A model generated the notes under the pieces. The model did no database searches. It was not told the origin of the DNA and worked only from the letters and a program-made list of their open reading frames with translations. From NCBI RefSeq assembly GCF_013315695.1, contig NZ_CP054353.1: a stretch of DNA of 64,000 nucleotides; one strand, written 5' to 3'. This document shows, in pieces, positions 1 to 8,491 of the stretch. Position 1 is the stretch's first letter, and every line of letters starts with the position of its first letter. The translations under genes were made by a program, and so were the position numbers. Origin of the DNA: Escherichia coli. Its GTDB lineage: Bacteria > Pseudomonadota > Gammaproteobacteria > Enterobacterales > Enterobacteriaceae.

Positions 1-284
1 CGCAGGCACGCGAGCAGTACGGCGACGATCAGGTGAAAGTGTATAAATCCTCTTTCACCGCGATGTATACCGCCGTCACCACTCACCGCCAGCCGTGCCG
101 CATGAAACTGGTATGCGTTGGACCGGAAGAGAAGATTGTCGGAATTCACGGCATTGGTTTTGGTATGGACGAAATGTTGCAGGGCTTCGCGGTGGCACTG
201 AAGATGGGCGCAACCAAAAAAGACTTCGATAATACCGTCGCCATTCACCCGACGGCGGCAGAAGAGTTCGTGACCATGCGTTAA
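1..284 (+). CDS. gor: Glutathione reductase, C-terminal fragment (5' end lies outside the window)
   Basis: ORF 33..284 translation ...[47 protein letters not shown] matches the Gor C-terminus; reading frame is open back to position 1; stop TAA at 282-284. Confidence 0.85.
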   Translation, partial: QAREQYGDDQVKVYKSSFTAMYTAVTTHRQPCRMKLVCVGPEEKIVGIHGIGFGMDEMLQGFAVALKMGATKKDFDNTVAIHPTAAEEFVTMR

Positions 285-290
285 ATGTTA

Positions 291-321
291 AAGGGCTAAG
301 AGTAGTGTGCTCTTAGCCCTT
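291..321. terminator. Perfect 12-bp stem hairpin (aagggctaagag/ctcttagccctt) between convergent gor and dinQ; likely bidirectional terminator
   Basis: Inverted repeat read directly; lies 7 bp after the gor stop and 14 bp after the dinQ stop (minus strand). Confidence 0.55.
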
Positions 322-334
322 AGCTACGTTTCCG

Positions 335-421
335 CTACCAGTTCAGAAGCTGAAGCAGAAAGCGGATCAGTTCCAGCAGCGCAATTAACGCCCCAAGAAC
401 GATGATTGCTTTATCAATCAC
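335..421 (-). CDS. dinQ: DinQ small hydrophobic membrane toxin peptide (type I toxin), GTG start
   Basis: Minus-strand translation from GTG at 421: VIDKAIIVLGALIALLELIRFLLQLLNW*, a single transmembrane helix matching the DinQ peptide as I recall it; position between gor and agrA/agrB as in K-12. Too short to appear in the ORF track. Confidence 0.6.
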   Translation of the reverse strand: MIDKAIIVLGALIALLELIRFLLQLLNW

Positions 422-614
422 CCGTGTTCTCCATACGATGGAGTGAGAATGCATCCGCTTACTCATCCATTGCCTGTCACGGCGCATGCCCTATTGTTAG
501 ATAATGGCATTCTCACTCCGGCCAGAGCATCAGTTAACGGCACCACCCGTACCACTGATCAGGACTTTGAAAGCGTTTATGCGCATTGCCAGAGTGAAAA
601 TGCCTCAGAGCTAA

Positions 615-632
615 CTGGATAATCATACAGTA
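615..632 (-). promoter_or_regulatory. LexA (SOS) box-like site CTGG-N8-ACAG upstream of the dinQ transcript
   Basis: ctggataatcatacagta has CTGg-N8-ACAG spacing with one mismatch to the LexA consensus CTGT-N8-ACAG; dinQ is a known damage-inducible gene. Confidence 0.5.
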
Positions 633-695
633 TATTCAGGTTATAAAACCAGCATGTCCTTGCAATAGTTTCAGTATGGTATTAGCATTGATGCG

Positions 696-779
696 TTAGA
701 TGATGGCATTCTCACTCCAGCCAGAGCCACCAACTCAGGGCTGGAAAGTAAAAAACCGACGCAAAGTCGGTTTTTTTAC
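696..779 (+). ncRNA. agrA: agrA-like small RNA (antisense-type regulator of dinQ), approximate ends
   Basis: Repeat unit carrying the motif gatgatggcattctcactccagccagagc (also present at about 500-530 in the dinQ leader region) and ending in a rho-independent terminator (ccgacgcaaagtcgg + T7 at 756-777); putative -35 ttgcaa at 660-665. Confidence 0.5.
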
Positions 780-928
780 ATCCGGATTCGGACAAGGCTT
801 GGTACGGCAGCGACCCGATGAAAGTATATCAATCCTCTTTCACCACCATGTATAGCAAACTGTCCCTCCGCCAGCTGAAGAAATCGCTAATTCTTGCAAT
901 GTTAGTCACTGGCTAATAGTATTGAACC

Positions 929-1010
929 GTTAGATAAGAGCTCTCTCACTCCAGCCAGAGCCACCAACTCAGGCTGAAGAGTAAAAAACCGACGCAAAGT
1001 CGGTTTTTTT
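929..1010 (+). ncRNA. agrB: agrB-like small RNA (antisense repressor of dinQ), approximate ends
   Basis: Second copy of the repeat unit, 233 bp downstream of the first; ends in the same hairpin + T7 terminator (989-1010); putative -35 ttgcaa / -10 tagtat upstream; lies 153 bp before arsR. Confidence 0.55.
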
Positions 1011-1162
1011 ATGTCCTGATTCAGACCTCCTTTCAAATGAATACCCAACTCAAAATTCACACCTATTACCTTCCTCTGCACATACGAATTCGTTAAACCA
1101 TATATGTTTTTGACTTATCCGCTTCGAAGAGAGACACTAAGTGCAACAATCAGGAGCGCAAT

Positions 1163-1516
1163 ATGTCATTTCTGTTACCCATCCAACTCTTCAAAATTCT
1201 TGCCGATGAAACCCGTTTGGGCATCGTTTTACTGCTCAGCGAGCTGGGAGAGTTATGCGTCTGCGATCTCTGCACTGCCCTCGATCAGTCGCAGCCCAAG
1301 ATCTCCCGCCATCTGGCATTACTGCGTGAAAGTGGGCTATTGCTGGACCGCAAGCAAGGAAAGTGGGTTCATTACCGTTTATCGCCGCATATTCCAGCAT
1401 GGGCGGCGAAAATTATTGAGCAGGCCTGGCGATGCGAACAGGAAAAGGTTCAGGTGATTGTCCGTAACCTCGCCAGACAAAATTGTTCCGCAGACAGTAA
1501 GAATATTTGTAGTTAA
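1163..1516 (+). CDS. arsR: Arsenical resistance operon repressor ArsR (ArsR/SmtB family)
   Basis: 117-aa ORF with winged-HTH and the As(III)-binding motif ELCVCDLC; followed by arsB and arsC. Confidence 0.9.
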   Translation: MSFLLPIQLFKILADETRLGIVLLLSELGELCVCDLCTALDQSQPKISRHLALLRESGLLLDRKQGKWVHYRLSPHIPAWAAKIIEQAWRCEQEKVQVIVRNLARQNCSADSKNICS

Positions 1517-1570
1517 AAAATTTATCTAAACACATATGAATATTCGAATGTGTTTTATCAAGGAGGCATG

Positions 1571-2860
1571 ATGTTACTGGCGGGCGCTATCTTTGTCCTG
1601 ACCATCGTATTGGTTATCTGGCAGCCGAAAGGTTTAGGCATCGGCTGGAGTGCGACACTGGGCGCCGTACTGGCGTTAGTTACTGGCGTGGTCCATCCGG
1701 GCGATATTCCGGTGGTGTGGAATATCGTCTGGAACGCGACGGCGGCGTTTATAGCCGTCATTATCATCAGCTTGCTGCTGGATGAGTCCGGCTTTTTTGA
1801 ATGGGCGGCGCTGCACGTCTCACGCTGGGGCAATGGGCGCGGTCGCTTGCTGTTTACCTGGATTGTCCTGCTCGGTGCTGCCGTTGCAGCTCTGTTTGCC
1901 AATGATGGCGCGGCGCTTATTTTGACACCGATTGTCATCGCCATGCTGCTGGCTTTAGGGTTCAACAAAGGCACTACGCTGGCGTTTGTTATGGCGGCCG
2001 GATTCATTGCCGATACCGCCAGCCTGCCGCTTATTGTCTCTAACCTGGTGAATATCGTTTCGGCAGATTTCTTTAGCCTCGACTTTCGCGAATACGCCTC
2101 GGTGATGGTGCCGGTGGATATCGCTGCAATACTGGCTACCCTGGTGATGTTGCATCTCTATTTCCGCAAAGATATTCCGCAGAACTACGACATGGCGCTG
2201 CTAAAATCTCCCGCAGAAGCGGTTAAAGATCCTGCCACCTTCAAAACTGGCGGGGTTGTTTTACTGCTTCTGCTGGTGGGATTTTTCGTCCTGGAACCGC
2301 TCGGCATTCCGGTAAGCGCCATTGCGGCAGTGGGCGCGCTGATATTATTTGTCGTCGCTAAACGCGGTCATGCGATTAATACGGGTAAGGTGCTGCGCGG
2401 TGCGCCCTGGCAGATTGTCATCTTCTCGCTCGGCATGTATCTGGTGGTTTATGGCCTGCGCAATGCCGGATTAACGGAATATCTTTCTGGCGTACTCAAC
2501 GTGCTGGCGGATAACGGCCTGTGGGCGGCGACGCTCGGCACCGGATTCCTCACCGCCTTCCTCTCTTCTATTATGAACAATATGCCGACGGTACTGGTTG
2601 GCGCGTTGTCCATTGATGGCAGCACGGCATCTGGTGTCATCAAAGAAGCGATGGTTTATGCCAACGTAATTGGCTGCGATTTGGGGCCGAAAATTACACC
2701 GATTGGTAGCCTGGCAACGCTGCTCTGGCTGCACGTACTTTCGCAGAAGAATATGACTATCAGCTGGGGATATTACTTCCGTACAGGGATTATCATGACC
2801 CTGCCGGTGCTGTTTGTGACGCTCGCCGCGCTGGCGCTTCGTCTCTCTTTCACTTTGTAA
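1571..2860 (+). CDS. arsB: Arsenite/antimonite efflux pump ArsB
   Basis: ORF 1550..2860 is a polytopic membrane protein; start moved to ATG 1571 ([10 protein letters not shown]..., 429 aa), 4 nt after RBS aggagg at 1561-1566. Confidence 0.9.
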   Translation: MLLAGAIFVLTIVLVIWQPKGLGIGWSATLGAVLALVTGVVHPGDIPVVWNIVWNATAAFIAVIIISLLLDESGFFEWAALHVSRWGNGRGRLLFTWIVLLGAAVAALFANDGAALILTPIVIAMLLALGFNKGTTLAFVMAAGFIADTASLPLIVSNLVNIVSADFFSLDFREYASVMVPVDIAAILATLVMLHLYFRKDIPQNYDMALLKSPAEAVKDPATFKTGGVVLLLLLVGFFVLEPLGIPVSAIAAVGALILFVVAKRGHAINTGKVLRGAPWQIVIFSLGMYLVVYGLRNAGLTEYLSGVLNVLADNGLWAATLGTGFLTAFLSSIMNNMPTVLVGALSIDGSTASGVIKEAMVYANVIGCDLGPKITPIGSLATLLWLHVLSQKNMTISWGYYFRTGIIMTLPVLFVTLAALALRLSFTL

Positions 2861-2872
2861 TGAGATACTGAT

Positions 2873-3298
2873 ATGAGCAACATTACTATTTATCACAACC
2901 CGGCCTGCGGCACGTCGCGTAATACGCTGGAGATGATTCGCAACAGCGGTACAGAACCGACCATTATCTATTATCTGGAAACTCCACCCACACGCGATGA
3001 ACTGATCAAGCTCATTGCCGATATGGGGATTTCCGTTCGTGCGCTGTTGCGTAAAAACGTTGAGCCGTATGAGGAACTGGGCCTTGCAGAAGATAAATTT
3101 ACTGACGATCGGTTAATCGACTTTATGCTGCAATATCCCATCCTGATTAACCGCCCGATTGTGGTGACACCGCTGGGAACTCGCCTGTGCCGCCCTTCAG
3201 AAGTGGTGCTGGAAATTCTGCCAGATGCGCAACAACGCGCGTTCACCAAGGAAGATGGCGAGAAAGTGGTTGATGAGGCGGGTAAACGCCTGAAATAG
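2873..3298 (+). CDS. arsC: Arsenate reductase ArsC (glutaredoxin-coupled)
   Basis: 141-aa ORF MSNITIYHNPACGTSRNTLEMI... with the catalytic Cys in the HNPACGTSR motif; last gene of arsRBC. Confidence 0.9.
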   Translation: MSNITIYHNPACGTSRNTLEMIRNSGTEPTIIYYLETPPTRDELIKLIADMGISVRALLRKNVEPYEELGLAEDKFTDDRLIDFMLQYPILINRPIVVTPLGTRLCRPSEVVLEILPDAQQRAFTKEDGEKVVDEAGKRLK

Positions 3299-3299
3299 C

Positions 3300-3321
3300 T
3301 AAAGGGGGATATGCCCCCTTA
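3300..3321. terminator. Hairpin agggggatatgccccctt between convergent arsC and the ArsR-family regulator
   Basis: 7-bp GC-rich stem (aggggg.../...ccccct) immediately after the arsC stop, followed by tatttgtt. Confidence 0.5.
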
Positions 3322-3639
3322 TTTGTTCTTCGTGGCTCCTTCGCCATCTGTTTTGCTGTTTACGCAGCACTCCTCACGTAAAAATTCAATTATCGCTTCC
3401 AGCATTGCGTATTGCGAAACACACATCAGCGTCCGACTCTCACGGTTTTGTTTGACCAACCCTACCGATACCAGTGCTGAAATATGGTGACTGAGTGTAG
3501 AGCCGGGTATCCCAAGCTGCTTTTGCAACTCACCGACCGGCAAACCTTGTTCCCCCGCTTTGACCAGATGCTTAAATATGAACAAACGGGTCGGGTGACC
3601 TAGCTCTTTCAGCGCTTTAGCAACTTCTTCCAACTGCAT
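3319..3639 (-). CDS. ArsR/SmtB-family transcriptional regulator with C-terminal vicinal cysteines (candidate organoarsenical or metal sensor)
   Basis: ORF 3319..3702; preferred start ATG at 3639 (MQLEEVAKALKELGHPTRLFIFKHL..., 106 aa) preceded by SD gagggga; HTH LPVGELQKQLGIPGSTLSHHISALVSVGLV; C-terminal EECC pair; divergent from the ArsP-like permease. Confidence 0.7.
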   Translation of the reverse strand: MQLEEVAKALKELGHPTRLFIFKHLVKAGEQGLPVGELQKQLGIPGSTLSHHISALVSVGLVKQNRESRTLMCVSQYAMLEAIIEFLREECCVNSKTDGEGATKNK

Positions 3640-3663
3640 ATGACTCCCCTCTGTCTGGTTGAT

Positions 3664-3720
3664 ATTTCGATAATACCAGAAATATCTTGATTTGAATTTC
3701 ATTTCGATTATTCTGGAAAT
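3664..3720. promoter_or_regulatory. Two 20-bp dyad-symmetric sites (ATTTC-N10-GAAAT) in the divergent promoter region; candidate operator
   Basis: atttcgataataccagaaat (3664-3683) and atttcgattattctggaaat (3701-3720) are 16/20 identical, each with 5-bp inverted arms; they sit between the regulator start (3639) and the permease start (3746). Confidence 0.4.
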
Positions 3721-3745
3721 ATAGATTTATTCAATGAGGTTACGT

Positions 3746-4747
3746 ATGAGTAGTTGGCTTGCGATGCTGCAAGATGCCGCAGAGATGTTTGTGTTTCTCG
3801 CCGTCGAGCTTTCTTTGCTGTTTATAGTGATTAGTGCCGGTGTCAGCCTGATAAGACAAAAGGTGCCAGACCATAAAATCCAGCAGATGATGGGGGCCAG
3901 AAAAGGGAGAGGCTATCTCCTGGCTGCTCTGTTGGGAGCCGTTACCCCGTTCTGTAGTTGCTCGACAATACCCATGTTACGTGGATTGTTATCAGCGAAA
4001 GCCGGGTTTGGTCCGACCCTCACTTTTTTATTTGTTTCCCCATTACTTAATCCCATTATCGTCGGGTTAATGTGGGTGACCTTTGGCTGGAAAGTTACCT
4101 TGTTGTACGAGATTATCGCCGCCGGCGTCTCCGTACTTGCCAGTATTATCCTGGATTCCCTGGGATTTGAACGTCATATCATTGCCAGTAAAAGCTCATC
4201 AGCAAATTGTTGTGCTCCAGCCAAAACTTCGCCGGGGACGACATATACGCCAATAAAAGTGAGTTGCTGTAGTCCAGCGGCTAAAGCCATTGAGAAACCT
4301 GTAGTAAACTGTTGCAGTACCAAAGCTGTGGTAAGTATTAATCCCATAAAACTAGCCACCAAAGATGCGTTGCAACAGTTTAAAGATGTACTGCCATATC
4401 TTTTGTTAGGGGTATTAATAGGCTCTTTTATTTATGGCTTTATTCCCTCAGAGTGGATTGCCGCTCATGCAGGGGCAGATAATCCCTTCGCCATCCCATT
4501 GAGCGCCGTTGTTGGTATTCCGCTATATATCCGGGCAGAGGCAGTTATCCCTCTGGCATCTGTTTTGATGACAAAAGGAATGGGTCTGGGAGCATTAATG
4601 GCATTAATCATCGGCAGTGCCGGCGCAAGCCTGACGGAAGTGATATTACTTAAATCAATGTTCAGAATACCGATGATAGTTGCATTCCTGACGGTTATCT
4701 TAGGTATGGCTATCTTGATGGGCTATTTGACTCAAATGCTATTTTAA
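3746..4747 (+). CDS. arsP: ArsP-like permease (putative organoarsenical efflux permease) with a Cys-rich cytoplasmic loop
   Basis: Polytopic membrane ORF (3734..4747; start preferred at ATG 3746 after SD tgagg). Contains TPFCSCSTIP (nt 3944-3973), which matches the TPFcSCSxxP motif I recall for ArsP methylarsenite permeases; also has three CC pairs (NCCAP, SCCSP, NCCST). Confidence 0.6.
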   Translation: MSSWLAMLQDAAEMFVFLAVELSLLFIVISAGVSLIRQKVPDHKIQQMMGARKGRGYLLAALLGAVTPFCSCSTIPMLRGLLSAKAGFGPTLTFLFVSPLLNPIIVGLMWVTFGWKVTLLYEIIAAGVSVLASIILDSLGFERHIIASKSSSANCCAPAKTSPGTTYTPIKVSCCSPAAKAIEKPVVNCCSTKAVVSINPIKLATKDALQQFKDVLPYLLLGVLIGSFIYGFIPSEWIAAHAGADNPFAIPLSAVVGIPLYIRAEAVIPLASVLMTKGMGLGALMALIIGSAGASLTEVILLKSMFRIPMIVAFLTVILGMAILMGYLTQMLF

Positions 4748-5113
4748 ATAGATGCCAGCAGTAAACTATAAGGAGTATTGTGAGTGCCTTATCCTTCTGA
4801 GTAGAAAATCATAGATAGGATAATCCTTAAAAATAACAAATAACTTAACTAATGCTTTGAGAATGATGACGGATCCGTCAGTAAGTCATCAATCGACAAT
4901 CACCACGCAATCATGCTTCTCTGACATTTTATCGGAGAAGCAATGTCTCTTTGTCTCAGTATCATCCCCCTTTTAAAGGGTAGATTTCAGTCGCCAATAC
5001 AACACATTTTTAAATACACTTTAACCTGGTTCATTATTACACATCTAAAACATCACAAAAATATCACTTCACACACTATCGGAGAACATCATAACTTCGG
5101 TAATGACTCCAAC

Positions 5114-5617
5114 TTATTGATAGTGTTTTATGTTCAGATAATGCCCGATGACTTTGTCATGCAGCTCCACCGATTTTGAGAACGACAGCGACTTCCGTCC
5201 CAGCCGTGCCAGGTGCTGCCTCAGATTCAGGTTATGCCGCTCAATTCGCTGCGTATATCGCTTGCTGATTACGTGCAGCTTTCCCTTCAGGCGGGATTCA
5301 TACAGCGGCCAGCCATCCGTCATCCATATCACCACGTCAAAGGGTGACAGCAGGCTCATAAGACGCCCCAGCGTCGCCATAGTGCGTTCACCGAATACGT
5401 GCGCAACAACCGTCTTCCGGAGCCTGTCATACGCGTAAAACAGCCAGCGCTGGCGCGATTTAGCCCCGACATAGCCCCACTGTTCGTCCATTTCCGCGCA
5501 GACGATGACGTCACTGCCCGGCTGTATGCGCGAGGTTACCGACTGCGGCCTGAGTTTTTTAAGTGACGTAAAATCGTGTTGAGGCCAACGCCCATAATGC
5601 GGGCTGTTGCCCGGCAT
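5114..5617 (-). CDS. insB: IS1 InsB (expressed as InsAB' transposase by -1 frameshift)
   Basis: 167-aa [28 protein letters not shown]... overlapping the insA 3' end in the -1 frame. Confidence 0.9.
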
Positions 5618-5811
5618 CCAACGCCATTCATGGCCATATCAATGATTTTCTGGTGCGTACCGGGTTGAGAAGCGGTGTAAGTGAACTGCAGTTGCCATGT
5701 TTTACGGCAGTGAGAGCAGAGATAGCGCTGATGTCCGGCGGTGCTTTTGCCGTTACGCACCACCCCGTCAGTAGCTGAACAGGAGGGACAGCTGATAGAA
5801 ACAGAAGCCAC
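5536..5811 (-). CDS. insA: IS1 InsA (transposition inhibitor / N-terminal part of InsAB' transposase)
   Basis: 91-aa [40 protein letters not shown]... with zinc-finger Cys motifs; the A6C frameshift motif ttaaaaaactc is present at its 3' end. Confidence 0.95.
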
Positions 5812-6142
5812 TGGAGCACCTCAAAAACACCATCATACACTAAATCAGTAAGTTGGCAGCATCACCCATACAACGACATAATAAAATATCAGCAAGAATT
5901 CCAAAAAGAATGTTACAAGCAAGTTAAAGATTTTACAACACCCTCTCGATACAATAGAATTAAAAAATGGGCACAAATGTCTGAATATCAATTCGAAATA
6001 TTTCAACACGATACGTTTCATCCTAAAAAAATGTCATACGCACCTTATTTAAAGAGATCGCTACCTGATGAAAAAACTATAAATTATGGGGTAGAAATAG
6101 AAACACCAATTGGCAAAAGAATTCGCTGGTAATGACTCCAAC

Positions 6143-6646
6143 TTATTGATAGTGTTTTATGTTCAGATAATGCCCGATGACTTTGTCATGCAGCTCCACC
6201 GATTTTGAGAACGACAGCGACTTCCGTCCCAGCCGTGCCAGGTGCTGCCTCAGATTCAGGTTATGCCGCTCAATTCGCTGCGTATATCGCTTGCTGATTA
6301 CGTGCAGCTTTCCCTTCAGGCGGGATTCATACAGCGGCCAGCCATCCGTCATCCATATCACCACGTCAAAGGGTGACAGCAGGCTCATAAGACGCCCCAG
6401 CGTCGCCATAGTGCGTTCACCGAATACGTGCGCAACAACCGTCTTCCGGAGCCTGTCATACGCGTAAAACAGCCAGCGCTGGCGCGATTTAGCCCCGACA
6501 TAGCCCCACTGTTCGTCCATTTCCGCGCAGACGATGACGTCACTGCCCGGCTGTATGCGCGAGGTTACCGACTGCGGCCTGAGTTTTTTAAGTGACGTAA
6601 AATCGTGTTGAGGCCAACGCCCATAATGCGGGCTGTTGCCCGGCAT
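6143..6646 (-). CDS. insB: IS1 InsB (InsAB' by frameshift)
   Basis: Identical 167-aa InsB ORF. Confidence 0.9.
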
Positions 6647-6840
6647 CCAACGCCATTCATGGCCATATCAATGATTTTCTGGTGCGTACCGGGTTGAGAA
6701 GCGGTGTAAGTGAACTGCAGTTGCCATGTTTTACGGCAGTGAGAGCAGAGATAGCGCTGATGTCCGGCGGTGCTTTTGCCGTTACGCACCACCCCGTCAG
6801 TAGCTGAACAGGAGGGACAGCTGATAGAAACAGAAGCCAC
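6565..6840 (-). CDS. insA: IS1 InsA
   Basis: Identical 91-aa InsA ORF. Confidence 0.95.
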
Positions 6841-7181
6841 TGGAGCACCTCAAAAACACCATCATACACTAAATCAGTAAGTTGGCAGCATCACCGAATT
6901 CGCTTATCAAATCATTACCAGAATATAATCCCATAATATTGAACATTAGCGCTTTATAATCATTGAATAAAAATAGATTTTATGCACCTTTAAAAAAAGG
7001 CTATTTTATGGGGCGATGGATACTCATGTCACGCCCCAAAATTAACAGAATTAAACTAAACAGAAGGGATATAAACATCAGACAGGTTTACGTTACTATC
7101 AGGCATATCGCCTCAGAATCAGATGAAAACTATAAAGAAATATCTATTATGGTTTTAATATTTGTTGATAAGGATAGTAAC

Positions 7182-7748
7182 ATGAACATGACAAAAGGTG
7201 CACTCATCCTCAGCCTTTCATTTTTGCTTGCCGCATGTAGTTCAATTCCGCAAAATATCAAAGGCAATAACCAACCTGATATTCAAAAAAGTTTTGTTGC
7301 TGTTCATAACCAGCCGGGGTTATATGTTGGTCAACAAGCGCGCTTTGGTGGGAAGGTTATCAACGTTATCAATGGCAAAACGGATACGTTGTTAGAAATC
7401 GCTGTATTACCGTTGGATAGCTATGCGAAGCCTGATATTGAAGCCAACTATCAGGGCCGACTGCTCGCCAGACAAAGCGGCTTCCTTGATCCAGTGAACT
7501 ATCGTAATCACTTTGTTACCATCCTCGGTACCATTCAGGGTGAACAACCTGGCTTTATCAATAAAGTCCCGTATAACTTCCTCGAAGTGAATATGCAGGG
7601 CATCCAGGTGTGGCATTTGAGAGAAGTGGTTAATACCACCTATAACCTGTGGGATTACGGCTATGGTGCATTCTGGCCGGAACCGGGCTGGGGTGCGCCT
7701 TACTACACCAACGCGGTGAGTCAGGTAACACCTGAGCTGGTCAAATAA
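7182..7748 (+). CDS. slp: Outer-membrane starvation lipoprotein Slp
   Basis: ORF 6963..7748; start set to MNMTKGALILSLSFLLAACSS (lipobox LAAC) giving 188 aa; matches Slp. Confidence 0.85.
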   Translation: MNMTKGALILSLSFLLAACSSIPQNIKGNNQPDIQKSFVAVHNQPGLYVGQQARFGGKVINVINGKTDTLLEIAVLPLDSYAKPDIEANYQGRLLARQSGFLDPVNYRNHFVTILGTIQGEQPGFINKVPYNFLEVNMQGIQVWHLREVVNTTYNLWDYGYGAFWPEPGWGAPYYTNAVSQVTPELVK

Positions 7749-7900
7749 CACCACCGAAAGATGCAGATGCTTTCTCAGCATCTGCATCATGCATTACATC
7801 AAATTAATACACAGCCAGCTAATTATTATTATAAGCCCTGTCCTGTTAATTACCTTTGGCAAACTGATTATAAAGTTAATGTCCGCACCAGGAGTCGGTT

Positions 7901-8431
7901 ATGTTTCTTATAATTACCAGGGATACGATGTTCTTCACTGCGATGAAAAACATTCTGAGTAAAGGTAATGTCGTTCATATACAGAACGAAGAAGAGATCG
8001 ACGTAATGTTGCATCAGCATGCCTTCGTCATTATTGATACATTAATGAATAATGTATTTCATTCTAATTTGCTCACTCAAATTGAACGATTAAAACCTGT
8101 CCATGTGATTATTTTCTCCCCCTTTAATATTAAACGCTGCCTGGGGAAAGTACCGGTGACCTTTGTTCCGCGAACTATCACCATCATCGACTTTGTCGCA
8201 CTCATCAATGGCAGTTACTGCTCTGTGCCTGAAGCGGATGTGTCCCTTTCGCGCAAGCAGCATCAGGTTCTGAGCTGCATTGCGAATCAAATGACAACGG
8301 AAGATATTCTGGAGAAACTGAAAATATCGCTAAAAACGTTCTACTGCCATAAACACAATATCATGATGATCCTCAATCTTAAGCGGATCAATGAGTTGGT
8401 ACGCCATCAGCATATTGATTATCTGGTGTGA
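7901..8431 (+). CDS. dctR: LuxR-family regulator DctR (YhiF)
   Basis: 176-aa ORF with C-terminal LuxR-type HTH; position after slp as in the K-12 acid fitness island. Confidence 0.85.
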   Translation: MFLIITRDTMFFTAMKNILSKGNVVHIQNEEEIDVMLHQHAFVIIDTLMNNVFHSNLLTQIERLKPVHVIIFSPFNIKRCLGKVPVTFVPRTITIIDFVALINGSYCSVPEADVSLSRKQHQVLSCIANQMTTEDILEKLKISLKTFYCHKHNIMMILNLKRINELVRHQHIDYLV

Positions 8432-8491
8432 TCGATTGATTAATATAAAGAGGCCCAGCAATAAATAGCCAGACCTCCCGTTAATTATACG

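Larger units (their letters stand above)
5099..5866 (-). mobile_element. IS1 insertion sequence, copy 1 (768 bp), no target-site duplication
   Basis: Terminal inverted repeats ggtaatgactccaacttattgat ... atcagtaagttggcagcatcacc; contains insA and insB; flanks cataacttc / catacaacg differ, implying an IS1-associated deletion or rearrangement rather than simple insertion. Confidence 0.95.
6128..6895 (-). mobile_element. IS1 insertion sequence, copy 2 (768 bp), with 9-bp target-site duplication gaattcgct
   Basis: Same IS1 ends as copy 1; direct repeats gaattcgct at 6119-6127 and 6896-6904 show a simple transposition event. Confidence 0.95.
5867..6936 (+). pseudogene. 3' remnant of an unidentified gene (possibly the yhiS equivalent), 5'-truncated by IS1 copy 1 and interrupted by IS1 copy 2
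   Basis: The frame is open from the IS1 copy-1 boundary (5867) to 6127 and resumes after IS1 copy 2 with exact sequence continuity through the 9-bp duplication, ending at TAA 6934-6936 (...MSEYQFEIFQHDTFHPKKMSYAPYLKRSLPDEKTINYGVEIETPIGKRIRLSNHYQNIIP*). AT-rich; identity not recognised. Confidence 0.4.

Noticed and set aside
817-866. Possible second gor gene fragment encoding a peptide
   Set aside because: It is a roughly 50-bp gor 3'-like segment with no start codon or open frame; interpreted as a duplication remnant within the agr locus rather than a coding feature.
1104-1457. 117-aa ORF overlapping arsR in another frame
   Set aside because: Alternative-frame overlap of the true arsR ORF (1163..1516), which has the diagnostic ArsR metal-binding motif; the overlapping frame has no recognisable features.
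4943-5179. 78-aa ORF running from the permease-downstream spacer into IS1 copy 1
   Set aside because: The C-terminal part is read from inside IS1, so the ORF as drawn is an artefact; the portion at 4943-5098 may be the orphaned 5' end of the IS1-disrupted gene but is too short to call.
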